A stretch of 64,000 nt of DNA from Amoeboaphelidium protococcarum X5. Its lineage: Eukaryota; Fungi; Aphelidiomycota. The notes under the pieces were generated by a model. It was not told the DNA's origin and did not search any database. It saw only the letters and a list, made by a program, of their open reading frames with translations. A program made the position numbers and the translations under genes. The stretch is from NCBI GenBank assembly GCA_023515725.1, contig JALDTO010000266.1, positions 2,312,217-2,376,216 on the forward strand, given 5' to 3'. The number at the start of each line of letters is the position of its first letter. Position 1 is the stretch's first letter. Below, in pieces: positions 36,401-50,048 of this stretch.

Positions 36401-36563
36401 TGATGTGTTATCAGCATAGTTCCAGGGAGTGCATTGCAATTTAAAATCAATATATGCACATGTGTAAAATTAACTTTCATTTAATGACAACAGTTGCTGT
36501 TATCTTCACACTTGATAACCACCATACAATGATCGTGAAAACTTTAGGACTTATAACTCATAC

Positions 36564-38441
36564 TCAATCCACCTTGATGGATCCGTAAATCTTGCGCACA
36601 AACATCCAGCAAGCATAGTATCCAATGAAGCCAGTGGTAAGGAACATCAGCGCAGACATCACCAGAGACCAGCCAAAGTATAGGGCAGCACTATTAACAT
36701 TCTGACTACCACCAATCTCATGGAAATAGATTATGCTGTACAAGAAGACGTAGATTGCACACGCACCAGACGTGAAGAATGACCTCCATTACCAGCGATA
36801 ATCTTCAGCCACCAGATGAAAATAGCACATCAATATGGTCACTTCAGCACATGTCAGCACCAGCACGAGACCGACGATGAACAAGAAGCCAAACATGTAG
36901 TACACTTTGTGTGCCCATAGACTGTTCATGATAAAGTACAACTCAATGAATATGGCACCAAATGGCAAGATACCACCCATCATGATGCTAGGCAGAGGTC
37001 TCAGATAGAACACCTGCTCGGGAACTTATCTTGGAATCTGGTTGGTGCGCACCGGATTCTCAATCTTTGGCTTCTTGAATCCGAAATAACTTCCGGCAAA
37101 GCACAGTGGAATTGACACCAAGAACCACAGGAACATCAGGAGGAATAGGGAACCTGCAGGTACAGCAGATGAAGATCCAGCACCTAATAAGAAAAAATTC
37201 AAAATAACAAACACAATGAATATCGCAGCAGGAACCATGACCGACGTATACACAACGTTCCTCTTCCAGTCTTCACCACCAAACGACTTATACAATCTGG
37301 CGCTCATATAACCAGCCCAGCTAGAGCTAAGCAAATACGTGACAATCATAGTGTTAGCCATTGATCCTCTGTTGGATGGAGACAGGAAGCCCAGTGCCGC
37401 AAAGAACATAGTCACACCACCCATCAACCACAACTGTGCTCCACTACCTAACAGCACAGACAGAAAAATGAACTTTGGCGGAGATCTGAATACATCTCCG
37501 TGCACCAGTTTCCAGCCAGTCTCTTCATGCGCCTCCTCAGGATCCAATTGATTATACTTGGCAATGTCCTTGTGTAGAGCACGCAGCAGAATCATGGCAA
37601 TCATACCGGTGAGAAATAGCACGATAACTATGGAGTTGATGATGTTAAACCAATGGATCTTGGGATCATACACATGCAGATACTTGTCCCATCTAGTTCT
37701 CCATTCATCGTTAGTCTCGACGAATTGCACCGAATACGTATAAGTAACCTTATTATCCTTCTCAGTACTCAAGCGCATATTATCACTATTCGCAGAGGCA
37801 TCACAATTACCTTCCGAATCTTTATAGTCAATACTCTCCGGATAAATTAGAAATCCTACAATTCTAAAATACCCAGACACATCTTTGTGATAGTTGACGG
37901 TGAGAGAGAAGTGGTTGAATAACACCACCTGATCACTATCATCCATCTCCTGGCCGAGCGGGAACCCAATTTGATAAAACTCCTCACCAGTCTTGGTGTC
38001 ATTGTAAGACATTGCAATAGGGAGGCCATCGATTTCCCATTAATGAAAATACTCTTCCCCAATTCTGTCATTAATGAATACAGCATCACCCTTAGGAACG
38101 GTGGTGGAGCAGAGAACGGCACACTCCTTATTCACACCAAACGTAATATTGAATGGGGAGTTGAACAGACGATCTCCCATCAGAACTGAGCCCAGAGACT
38201 CGCCCTGTGCCTATGGACCACCAGAAGGCTGACAAAAATGAAAGCGATTTAAATAGTAGTCATATGGTAGAGTGGTTTTCACAGATTCCAGTGCATTAAC
38301 ATACAGCGGAACATCATCCTTCAACTGATAATTATGAGGTGCAATTCCAGGTAGATAAAACGCATGAACATTCTGAATAACCAGAGTGGCCATAGTGAGT
38401 AGCAGCATCATCATCCTAGTTCCAGACTCGTTAATTGCCAT
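36564..38441 (-). CDS. Transmembrane 9 superfamily (nonaspanin, EMP70/TM9SF2-4-like)
   Basis: AFYLPGIAP, LPYDYY, RWDKYL, IHWFNIINS, EETGWKLVHGDVFR, PVRTNQIPRQ, GGILPFGAIFIEL, IYGSIKVD*. Confidence 0.97.
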
Positions 38442-38918
38442 TGCCTCCTTCTTAATATATTATTTAAATAAGAGACTCAGACAAAAATAGTGCCCAAGAA
38501 TATACTATTCAACGAAGGAAGAGACTGGAGATAAAACAGGAATAAAAGAAAGGAGATTCTGCTAAGGAGAGAGACAACAGTAGAGAAGAAGAACGTTTGG
38601 TTCGATCGCTCGTTAAATCGTTCTGTTCACAATTAGTTGCGATAAGGACAGAATTGACACGCGCGCTTTGGGAACGATGAGAAACGCGCCTTGTCAGAGG
38701 ACGTTCAGTTATAAAAGATGAAGATTCAACAAGGCGAGAGAGATTCGTTCAGGCGCTGTAACACTGGGAGCCTATTGCAAGTTTTGGCCATCTTTTATGG
38801 TTAGATCTACCTAATCGGTCACTCTAATTAAGTATAGTATACTTCATGATTTGCTGCAAGCAAGGGGAACTAAAATACATGTAGAAAACAATATCAGTCT
38901 AATAATACACCAAAATAA

Positions 38919-40022
38919 TCATTCGAATGTTTATTATTAGTCCTTCTATAATACTTGATTCGCACCGTCACCAGCAGGAGAGTTTTCATGTCCGTTACTC
39001 TGATGCCCAACCACGCTGTTCGCTCCATATTCTCCATCTTCAGACGATGTAGCCTGTGAATGACCAGATTCGCGCATTCTTCCGCCATTTGCTTGTGGTG
39101 GATACATCATTGCCTGAGCAGGTGGATAGTATGGGGGAAGCACGTATGGATATGGTGGGTAATATGGAGTCTACGGTATGGCAGGAATGGGCATTGAAGC
39201 TTAACGAGAACCAGCTTTTGGATCTATCCCGTCTTACACATTCATATTCATACCATCAGCAATCGGCACGGGGAAATACGGAGCAGGAGGATACATACCA
39301 TAAGCATAGAAATTATTCATTCCCTTCTGTTGCATACCATTCTTGTAGTTATGTCCATGCTTTCCATACTAGTTCAATCCAAAGGGACGCGTCGCTTGTG
39401 GATCACCTTGAACAGGTTTACCTCCTGGGCCAGTCACTTGGGATGCTTGCAAACCCTTCAGACCATTGACCAACGAGTACTCAACCTGCTCACCCTCTCC
39501 CAAACTCTTGAATCCGCCCTGGTTCTTGATCGCGGTGTGATGAACAAAAATCTCATTTACTCCATTGGCATTGAGTTCGTTCGGATCATCTGGAATGATA
39601 AAACCAAATCCCTTGATAGAGTTGAAGAATTTCACATGTCCACTGCGGCGTTTACCACCATCTACCGCGCCGTTCTATTGCTGCTGATGGTACCCATTCT
39701 AATGTTGACGCTGCAAATCCGAAATATTATTGTCGCTGACGGCCGGCACAGCCCCTGAATGACCTTCTCCAGCTTGGTCGTTCAAACTCGACAACTCGGT
39801 GCCACTATCAGCCTGCAGAGCAAAATTTTGGCCATTCTGGTCAATCTCTTTCACCCTCTTATCGCTGGACACTTATCCATTACCGTTTATCTAACCAGCA
39901 CCCGGAATTTTACCACCAGCCGCTCCGCTATCACTCACTCCAATAGGTGCATTATTGCTATTATCAGTTCCGGCGGTAGAAGATTAACTTCCAGCGTTGA
40001 TGGGAGCCTTAGTCAGAGTCAT
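38919..40022 (-). CDS. Cold-shock-domain RNA-binding protein with a Pro/Tyr-rich tail
   Basis: [15 protein letters not shown] (RNP1), EIFVHHTAI (RNP2), [24 protein letters not shown]. Confidence 0.9.
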
Positions 40023-40340
40023 TCGCTGGTAGAGTAAACGACACAAAAATGATCTTGTATTAGCAGCAGTTAGGAGAGGAGCGAATTGTAAGATTAATAG
40101 CAAAACTGAGCTACTAGTACACTACCAGGCAAAAGTTCTGAGAGAATTCGGCGGAATACACAAAATCAGTAACTGGTTCGGGATCAAATAAAGGCCCGCG
40201 TTGCGCCACTTTGATCTCCGTAAATTGCATATTGATTGACCGTTTGAAGGGTCACGGCGTCATTTAAACTTTGACCGGAAACTGAAAATTATATCAAACA
40301 TTAAACAAGATGGTTTATATGGTATTTTAGTGTTTATGAA

Positions 40341-40362
40341 TTATATATATATATATATATAT
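40341..40362. repeat. (TA)n microsatellite
   Basis: tatatatata... tract, directly visible. Confidence 0.85.
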
Positions 40363-40550
40363 TAATTAGAAGTCCCATGACCTGATAAGCAGTAGCGCGA
40401 GCTTCACTGTAAAGAGTCTACGTTTCCAAGATACAAACACGTCAAATAAAGGTTGATTGACCGAAGATTACCCAGAAGTCGTTAATTCATACTGAGTCTA
40501 CAAACACAGCTTAAAATCTTTAGTAGCAGCAATTGGAGAAATACTAATAC

Positions 40551-42783
40551 TCAACGCTTTAGTTTACTTATGCAGGATTAGATCTGTGAGATCCAATCGA
40601 AAAGATCGAGATCGTAGCTGGTTTGTAACACTGCTGATCCTTGGCCCTTCCAGATCAACTTGAACACATTCGGCTTCTTTTTGCCCATATCAAAAGCAAA
40701 AGCAGCCGATTACGGAGATAATTCCAAGACTTTTATCACATCTTTATTCATAGATTCCAGCTTAGCTTTCGGTTTCTTCCAGTAAATGACAACGGCGGAC
40801 TGATACAAACGAACAAGACACGTCTCCCAATCGTTATTAGCATTAGGCTTCCTCCCATCCTCCATTGAAATCAGCTTTACTTTCAAAGTACCTTCTTTGA
40901 ATACTCCTTAATTACTAAAAGCATCATAATAATCAATCTGATCAATACTCCGAATTTACGGCGAAGCAATTGGACTGATTGATTAGCTTTACAGTCCGTC
41001 GGAACTGAGTGGCGCATCAACATTTGGCACCGATTGCTACTGCCGTTATTACCCTTGCCCGTCAACGTCTTCAACAGAAAGAACAACTGACCCTCCAATC
41101 TTATCAAGCTGAAACTTACTCTGCAATATTCTTTTCTTCTAAAGCTTTTTTGGTCTTGATTGCGCATCATAAGGTAGCTGATCATCCACTTCATCATTTT
41201 ATGAAGACGATTGGTAAGACTGTGAGATGGAACTGACAGCTCTTCGATGTCCATGCCTCCGGCCAGTGTCTTACTCCTCCATCTTATCTTCTACCATAAC
41301 ATCACTGAGGTTGTCAAACGAAAGAGCCTTCTTCATCTAATCAAGTGGCATATCCATCAAATCAAGCTGAGGTGAGACTGGCGCTACTTGAGACGACTAT
41401 TATTTCTTCTAAGGCTCAATCTGTAATGACTTGAAGTAGTACCGATCTTCCAAAAGATTCTCCAACTCTGTAATGTATTTCTACTATAATAAATACTATT
41501 TGACAGGTGGCAGTTCTTCAAAACTATACTAACATCGAGCTTACATCTACTGCAAGATATCAATCTCCCGATTAATTTATTAAAGACGCGATCTGGCTGA
41601 TTCTGATTATCCTTTAGACAGCTCTTTCTTCTTAACCTCATTCAGTACAATTAAATCGCCCAGATGAATGCCAAGAAATGGTACGAATGGAGATTGCAAC
41701 TTCTTGAGTCTTTTTCTATAACGGGAAGCATTATCCTCCGGCGACAGGATAGCTTAGATCTTATCAAACACCTGGGCATCTTACTTTGGAACAAGAGACC
41801 ATGTCTTGGTCAATCTATGTACGGGAGAGTGTTGCAATCCAGTGATCACCATTTTTGCTCCATTCAAATCACCCAACTTTACACAATGCTTCGCAACGTT
41901 AATTAAATGTGATATCTTTTGCAGCCGTCTCTTGTGATTTATAGTGTCTAAAATTTCTTTGCTGACCATCATAGTAATCTAATTAAATGACTAAATCATC
42001 AAAGCAATGGTTGGAGCCTTTGTCCATCTATCAGTCCCTGTCCAGGACATTGACTCTAGATCTTGTCTGGCAACATTTCGAAACAATTGCGCGTCAATCA
42101 GCGCGATTTATTGAGCTAGAACCAGAGGTGGTACTGATAGAATGTCAGTGATAGATGCCGATTTATCGAATGCAGTCCGTTCTAAGATGCTTCCTCTCTA
42201 CAAATTGACAATTTAAATGACTATTAGCTAATTTTTAGGAGTAGAATTACCTTCTCGGACACTAATGTTGACGATCTGCTCGATTTAAAGGTTGCACTCT
42301 CGTCTCCAGATTGATTAAAATCATCATCCGAAGATAATTCGAGCCTGCCTTTACCTTGCTAAAAAGACTTATTGATAGCTGTATAATGCTCTAAAGCTTC
42401 AACGTCAATATTTGATATCTTGTTGTCCGGATCTAGTTGCGAAGCAGTATCTTGAAATTGAAGATGATTTGCAGGAGCCTACATATGCCATATGTCATAA
42501 CACAGGTTTCTATTACATGGTAGAATAGTCTTTAAAAGGAAGGTCTTACAATTTTACGTTGTCGCGGTTAGTTGGAAATACTGAGTGGAGCAATACCAAA
42601 TTGAACCACATTCTATATTTCCGCCTATTGTTCAGCGATATTGTAAAAGTCATCAAACGGATTGTTGATGGCCTGATGCTGTTAGCTTTTAGCAGACGTA
42701 GAGAGATTATCTGCGAACGGATTCATATTCTACTCAGATTGAACCCAATAGTTTTATTATTTATCTTGCTTATTTCGATCCAT
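40551..42783 (-). CDS. RasGEF (CDC25-domain) protein with C-terminal PH domain, RalGPS-like; two predicted 5' introns
   Basis: VLAQQIALIDAQLF, APTI...SFNQIT, LINVAKHCVKLGDLNG...GLQHSPVHRLTKTW, PFVPFLGIHLGDL. PH-like EDGRKPNANNDWETCLV...NVFKL...DWISQI. Confidence 0.8.
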
Positions 42784-43065
42784 AATCTTAAAATATAAAT
42801 TGCCTAAAAATTGATTTATGTGAATTCAGGTCAAAGGATGGTTACTTAGTCGCAGTGAGATTAGGGACAATCTTGAAACGAACAAGTTCGTTGCCATGGA
42901 GAATATTAAAGTGAAACGCCTTAATGAAATTCGTTAAAGTCAATAAAGTGAATAAAAAAGTTTATTTTTAGTAAAATCTACTATAAAAGTCAATTCTTCA
43001 TCAATGCATTTATAGGTTTGTGAACAAGAGGAGACGGTGATGGGGCTTGTGGGGACGTTTAAGTT

Positions 43066-43771
43066 TCATAATATATCTCCCTAGCGTCGTCATCACCATC
43101 ATTCTTTATTCGTGAGATTTAAGGAGCATTTGAATTCAAGACATCCTTCTGATATTCAGCTCTTATACTGTCAAAGACACTCAGTCTAGTATCAATCTAC
43201 AAATGATGACCAAAGTTGTCAAGAGATTTAGACATGGGCATTTAATTCGGTCGCGTCGAATGGCCGGGTAGCTTTTGTTATTGAACCAGTTTGTCCACTG
43301 CGCTTACTTTAGTAATATATAATGTGTGTTTAATCTGACCGACAATTAATGGCCTGACATGCAACTTGAAGGAAATCTTAAGCCAATCCTTGACGTTAAC
43401 ATATTCGACTTCAATCTTGTTCGCACGAAGCAGGTTGTCCAGCACCGCGCACTGCACTTCTAAATCTCTAAGTGCTTTCTTGTCGGCATTAAGAATACAT
43501 AACTATACGATTCCACCATTCTCTTGCATAACTTAAATTTTTACAGTGTCATCACTGAATGACTGTTTCAATGCGGAATCTACAACTTTTTGTTTCAAAA
43601 CATGACATTAATCACATGCTGCGAGAAGCTGTTGTCGTTTCACTACACCTTAATTGTTCTGTAATCAGTGATACTTGTTGATGCAAAGGTTTTCTTACAG
43701 TATGTCAAATTTTAATGTGGCTAGCATGTCTAAACATTACATAACAGTTACAATGAATGAGATTTCTTCAT
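43066..43771 (-). CDS. Hypothetical protein (one predicted intron)
   Basis: About 190 codons free of TGA from ~43640 to 43066. A 5' exon from ATG 43771 joins in frame via a GTAAG...TGTAG intron. No motif recognised. Confidence 0.5.
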
Positions 43772-44010
43772 GATACAAAGTGAGAGATAATAGATGGGCG
43801 AGCGATCCGTGAACAAAAAGCAAAGAGCATCAAGTCGTCAAGGTGAAGAAGAAATTTAATGATAACGATCATCGTGAATTTATCATAACTCAAAAACTAA
43901 TTAAGGAGCATATTCATTACGGGACGGTCAAAACTAAACTTCCGCAGGGGGACTAAACTTAAAATTGACGGCATCACCTCCTTGGTCTACTTCTACCGAC
44001 ACCAAATGCT

Positions 44011-44609
44011 TCATATTCGCATCAAATAACCATCGCGGAATTTGTTGCACTTTACTTTGAATCTTTCCACTTCTCACAGGTCTACTCCAGGCAAAGTAAT
44101 TACACTTTACTTAAAATTCATCACGATTGGGATTGTAATGAAGATTCATGACAAAGTTTACAATTATAGGCGCACCATTCTCCCTAGGCAATTGCCCTTG
44201 CCCGAGTTGACTTTATAAAATGCTCTCTTATGGAACGCGTGAAGGAGGAACGCGTCGTCCAGTGCGTACAGCCAGAGGACGAGCAGACTTTTAAATTTAT
44301 TACTACTTAGTAACGAAAGGACCATTAAGCTGTTCGTTTGATAAGGCGACACCACCAAATGGCGGAAGATGTACTTTGATAGTCTTGTCCAGGGATTTGT
44401 AGCTTATTTACAAACGCTTGGACGCGTCACAGAGCATGATTAACACAGCGCAAAGACAAAAGCCTGTTAGATAATTCATTTGCTAGTATATATTCTAATA
44501 ATGCAGCGGTCTGACACGCAATTAATTAACGAATATTTTTAAATGTGAAAACTCCCTGCAACGTTGATAGAAGTTGGATTTGCTGCCTCCTGAATTCGCT
44601 TCTTTCCAT
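44011..44609 (-). CDS. Hypothetical protein (one predicted intron)
   Basis: About 150-codon TGA-free frame below 44463 with a CTAACAG acceptor. Plausible 5' exon MERSEFRRQQIQLL. No motif recognised. Confidence 0.35.
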
Positions 44610-44707
44610 CTATTGTTTGGGAATTTACCATCATTGTTATTTTTAGTAGCTTAGCTTGACTTCTAAAATTTGAATTGGAGTATTACTGCAAATAGACAAA
44701 GTACATC

Positions 44708-46141
44708 ATGTTAAATTTAAGTTGTCTTTAAGGTCTTTCTGGCAAAATATCAGTTAGATAGAAGAATTGTATGCCCAGAGCATTGGCCTTGCGTCTGTCG
44801 TCATAGCGTCGATTGGCGTCAATCCAAGTAAAATAAGCGACTCCATAACGAATAATAGGAGGTGGATAAAATGCATTTGTAATCAAAGAGGCAGATAATG
44901 GGAAGTTGGAGACTTTCGTTGATTCTAGAACATAACATCTATTACCAATGAGATTGAGACTGTAAAATACTCTATTCTCAATGTTTTTCCCGCGAGACTA
45001 TCCTCACTCTGTAACTTGGAATTATCTCAACTATGCCAAGTGGTCGTTCCTGGGTTCGATTTGTGGTACCATGTCTGGCGTACTGTCCACTCAAGCTCTG
45101 CTCTCCGCCCTCGGAATGGGCAGTGGTACATCTGTCGCTGTTAGTGCAACTTTGAATTGGGTTATTAAAGATGGCCTAGGTCTGTTGGGAGGCGTGATGT
45201 ACACGTCGCTGGCTTCAGGTAGATTTGATTCGGATCCTAAACGATATCGCTTTGGCAGCGCCGTTCTCTTACAGGCATCAATGCTGTGTGAGCTCATGAC
45301 CCCTCTTGTGCCTCAACTGTTTCTTCCTCTGGCCTCCCTGTCTAATATAGGTATGCTAGAGGTTGTGCATTTGCACCTTCATTCATGATAATTTTTATTG
45401 TAAATTAGTGTAGGTAAAAATATATCTTGGCTTGTGCTGAGTGGAACCAGAGCATAGATGCACCAGTCATTTTGTTAACGTGACAATTTAGGAGATGTCA
45501 CGGCCAAGAGTGGATCGCAAGCTACTGCAGCTGCACTACTTGGAACTGGATTAGGAATAGCTGCTTCGGCCACTCTAGGAAATTCTCTTCCCGTATCATT
45601 AAGCATGTACGTCCCTCTAGGACTGGTGAATTTGTATTCAATCTATAAATCCAATTATGTCGTTGAAACCAAGTCACTGAATGTGCAAAGAGCGGAATTG
45701 CTGATTCTTAATTATTTAAAGACTGGATCTTTATTAAATACTCGTGATATTGCACAGCAAGAACATTTTATACTGCGGTATAAGAGCGTGTTTGGCTAGA
45801 AAGTATTGGTTAATAGTCCATTGCGCAGGATTGATTCAGAGCTTTTGCCCGCCATTCTTTAGTAGTTTAAAGTGTAGCCATTCGCATTGTTGTAGAATCG
45901 AAATCAGCACTATGTTTGGTTTAGAAGTAGCAGCTCTTAGAAAGATGTACTATAAGGATTCTATGCTAGTTGTGTCTAAAGATTTCATGGTGACAGTAAA
46001 GAGTCGGTTGAAGTGAACGGATTTGACAAGTTTTACACCCAGCTTCTTTAAAGTGATTGGAACGTCAAAGATCTGCAACTATGTGATAGTGATGGTTTTA
46101 TAGATGTTTATTACGACAGAACATAATCCAGCTAGAGTTGA
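44708..46141 (+). CDS. RUS1/DUF647 family protein, intron 45351-45413
   Basis: FFPRDYPHSVTWNYLNYAKW, GVLSTQALL, LNWVIKDGLG, FDSDPKRYR, LASLSNIGKNI, DNLGDVTAKSGSQ, SLNVQRAE. Confidence 0.93.
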
Positions 46142-46215
46142 AATAGTTATTAAATAGATGCATAAGAATAAAGCTGTTTTTGCCAATAAGTCTATCTTTA
46201 ATGTCATTGCAATAA

Positions 46216-46584
46216 TCACAGGTTATCCGCGTTCGATTGTACCACTTTATTAGACTAATTTTACTGAACCAACGCCACATGCTAATCCAAAAACTACTGC
46301 GCAGTCGGAGCATTACTCTGCAGCAATAGTCGCAATTCGCTCTGTATGTATTTTGGAGTAATAGCACGCTCAGATACTCGCGTTTGTTTATTCATCTCCG
46401 GCAGCACCTTTCGATATTATCCTTCACCCATCATCAACGCGTATCCCTTTGGCACGAGAACATTGCGCGCATAGGCCGGTTCCACCTCCACCACAGTGCC
46501 CGGATTTCCCAACTTGGGATGGTTTCTGATTAAATAAACTTCCACGGTATAGGAGGCGTGTCGCACTGAATTAATAAAACGCAT
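46216..46584 (-). CDS. Mitochondrial ribosomal protein bL9m (L9 N-terminal domain)
   Basis: 123 codons, with a short presequence-like start and VEVYLIRNHPKLGNPGTVVEVEPAYARNVLVPKGYA (L9 signature). Absent from the ORF track. Confidence 0.8.
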
Positions 46585-46723
46585 TTTAATGCCAAAAAAT
46601 GTTTATTTCTATATCCTAATCTGTTTTGATAAAAGAAAGTAACGCGTCACTGCAGGCAGAGTACCGATATGTTCTTCAACCGCAATGAAATAAAGAAAAG
46701 AATAGTAATAGTAATAATAATAA

Positions 46724-47369
46724 TCAAACGTCTTAATCTATTGACTGCAATTCAATATCGTAGGTAATACTAAACAATTTTGATAGCTCCTCTGACAAGA
46801 GCTCTTGCAAAGACTTTTCACTTCTCGCATCAATCCACTCATTCACTCCAATGTTGTAATCAAATCTTTTTGGGCCTCTACATGACACGCAATTACTTAC
46901 TTCTTTCAATACGTATAGAGAATTGATATACTTACGATATTGGGGAGGAGAACCAAATTTGCTTAGTTGGTGGTTGTTTATTGATCACGTATGTCCCTTT
47001 AGCTCCAAGTCGGAATGTCAAAACACCTTACTACATGCATATGCAACAAATTAGGTCTCTTTATAACGCATACACTAAAGAAGACTTACGGTCAATTCAA
47101 CATCCAATATTTTCGCTTTATCCCCCAATACTTCCTCCAGCTCGGTAAACTAATCCGACAATTACTCCAATGTCTAATCAGCAATTCTATGATAATCCTA
47201 TTCACTTAGATGTAGTCCCCTATCTGAAGTAACATACACATTTGACACGCAAACATTTCAACTAGATAAAAGCAAATTTAATCAAGCCTTACCTCAGCTA
47301 ACGACTGCAGAAGATGCCGCGTTAAAGAGGCTTAACATTGACTATTAAAGTGTGTTATAATCGCAACAT
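46724..47369 (-). CDS. FXN: Frataxin (3 introns)
   Basis: [39 protein letters not shown]|[17 protein letters not shown]. Confidence 0.93.
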
Positions 47370-47518
47370 TTCAATTATGACTTTTCGAATCAGCAAAGAA
47401 AAATGAACTGAAAGCGAAAATTCCCTTGCAATATTTAGCTGTCGTCAATGGGATGAGAAGAAGGGACATAATATGCTAGAGTATAAATTTTCAATTATCT
47501 AGCCACTCTTCAGTGTGT

Positions 47519-48772
47519 TCACTATTTGTAAAAGTGAACATCAGCAGGATCACAACCTCTAAGGAATGGTGGCTCCGAGCCAGCGACATAGATATCCTTC
47601 CACAGCTCCTCCATAGGTGGCTCCGGACTGTTCTTGGCCTCTTCCAGGGCCTGATCAACCTCTCCGCGTACCTCCTTGTCAATAGCCTTCAACTCGGCCT
47701 CAGTGGCAAAGTTGGAATCCAAAATCCTCTGCTTCAGACCAGTAATTGGATCATTAGTGCTTCTCATATTCTGGATCTCCTCTCTGGTACGGTAAGTGGT
47801 ACCAGGGTCAGACATGGAGTGACCGCCGTATCTGTAAGTGACCATCTCCAGAACCATAGGCCCCTTTCCGCTAATACACCATTCGCGAGCGTACTTTGAC
47901 GCTTCACGTACAGCCAGAACGTCCATACCATTCACGCGGATACCAGGAATGTAACCGGCGCGCTTGTAATATTCTGTAGAAGCAGAAGAGCGCTACGCAG
48001 ATGTTCCCATGCCGTACTTGTTGTTCTCACAAACAAAAACGCAAGGCAGGTCCCACAGTTTGGCCATGTTGTATGCCTCGAACACCTAACCTTGGTTACT
48101 GGCACCGTCTCCGTAGAGGGCGAACGTGCAAGCCTTCTTCTCCTGGTATTTCTAGGCAAAGGCAACACCAGCACCTACAGGAACTTGAGCACCCACAATA
48201 CCATTACCACCATAAAAGTTGGGAGCGAACATGTGCATGGAGCCACCTTTACCCTTCGCAATACCATCATAGCGACCCATCAGCTCTGCTAGAATACTTT
48301 TCACTGAACCACCGCGAACATACGCAAAACCGTGACATCTATAAGCAGTAATCACGGCATCTTCGCGCGTAATAGCAGACTCAATACCGACAGCCACAGC
48401 TTCTTAACCATTGCTCAAGTGACAAAATCCGCGGATCATCTTGGACTTGTACAGACCATCGGCTGCAGTCTCCATGCGGCGAACTACCAGAGCCTCGCGA
48501 TAATACTTGAGTAGCTCATCCTTAGTGGCGGTAACTTTAGTAGCTGGCGAGTCACATAAGTACGTCTGAAATGCATCGTGCAATTTATACTCTGCCTCTT
48601 ATTGTTGTTGGCTGGCCGACCTTGGGGAACTCTTCGCCATGAGTTAACGCGCACTAGCAGCTATACCACGTTTACTCTACATATAAGTCAAAAGCTATTA
48701 TAAAATCATTTACTACTGATCAAGACTTACAATTCGCTGACAGTCCTTGTATTTCATAAGCTTTGACGCCAT
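47519..48772 (-). CDS. PDA1: Pyruvate dehydrogenase E1 alpha (one 5' intron)
   Basis: [73 protein letters not shown]. Confidence 0.97.
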
Positions 48773-48961
48773 TCTTCTTGAATATTTAGCTTGAACAATG
48801 ATGATGATGATGATGATGAAGGTTTTTAACAATCGATCGAAGAAAAGACTTGGGCAAAGCGACGAAACTTTTACCGCTAGTTCACTGAAATGGCAGTATT
48901 ATTGATTATAAATGACGACTAAAACGACTTTTAATTATTTGAATTCAATATCTCTCACTAT

Positions 48962-49678
48962 TCAGGGAACAATAGTATGAGATTGATATGGAACTGTAAC
49001 AATCATGATAGCACTTGTTGGAAAATAATCGTTGTGCTAGGTAAATTCAGACGTTTGAATAGCTATCTCGTAGTCCTCAAACCAATGTGGCAATAGAGAC
49101 GCGTAAATACCCATTTGATTCATTAAAAGCGGCTTGAATTGGAGATTATCGGCAGTCAAGGAATATCCAGATTGTCGCAACGGTACACCGTGAATGCTAT
49201 TTAGTTCTGCGACCATAGCGCTAAACTTAGGAGAAATTTCATGAGGTATACGATTTCCGTAATCAATTTGGAACGAGTACGGCAAACCACTCTTTTTCTT
49301 TTTCAAATTTGTAACAGTGAAAGTGAATGTAAACTTTCTCTATTATGTGCCTGTTGCAGCAGCTTACAATTTAAAATGGGCCAAAATTTGCATCCATTGC
49401 TCGGTGCTCATATTAGCAGGCTGGAGCAATTTACCATAGCGATAATAGTTCAAAATAGCGCGTAATCCATCTTGATCTTCCGCCAATTCAATCACACTGT
49501 GTCCGGCCTGCACTTATTGCCGGACAAATTCATGATAAACGCAAGGATGTAAAGCGCTATTAAAAAAGCGAGCTGAATCGATAGCCTCCATTTCATTACC
49601 ATTTTTGAAGTAGATAGTATGAGCAGCTGCTAAATAAGGAAATACCAGACACAAGAAAATTAATACTAATTCAGCCAT
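48962..49678 (-). CDS. Predicted secreted protein with a BTB/POZ (KCTD/T1-like) domain
   Basis: 239 codons. Signal peptide MAELVLIFLCLVFPYLAAA, then VIELAEDQDGLRAILNYYRYGKLLQPANMSTEQWMQILAHFKL. Confidence 0.65.
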
Positions 49679-50048
49679 ATTGTAGATATCTGCCTATATC
49701 AGCACAGGAATGAGAGATAGTTTCTATAGCATGAATTGACGAATCGACGCGTAAAAATGATACAGGGGCTCGTCAATAAATGCTCCCCTCATTGGGCTCT
49801 GAATTCTCTTTGACTATCACATCTAGTTTATGATGGCTATAGCGAGGATTTCTCACAGCACTTACAAAATAAGCTCATTTCAAAGCAGAGAATGGCTGAT
49901 CATAGAGTGACATAGATATCAGCGCTTGATAAGACTCCAATTAACAGAGTATCCATAAGTATTAAAAAACTATATATTAATTCATAGCCATCATTTCAAA
50001 CTATTACTGAATATTAAATAGCACCGCTTTATCGATTTCTAATAGAAA

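Noticed and set aside
43921-43970. gggacggtcaaaactaaac... as a transposon terminus
   Set aside because: No convincing inverted partner or target-site duplication was found.
46216-46584. GC-richer stretch first suspected to be a structured ncRNA
   Set aside because: It translates on the minus strand to ribosomal protein bL9m.
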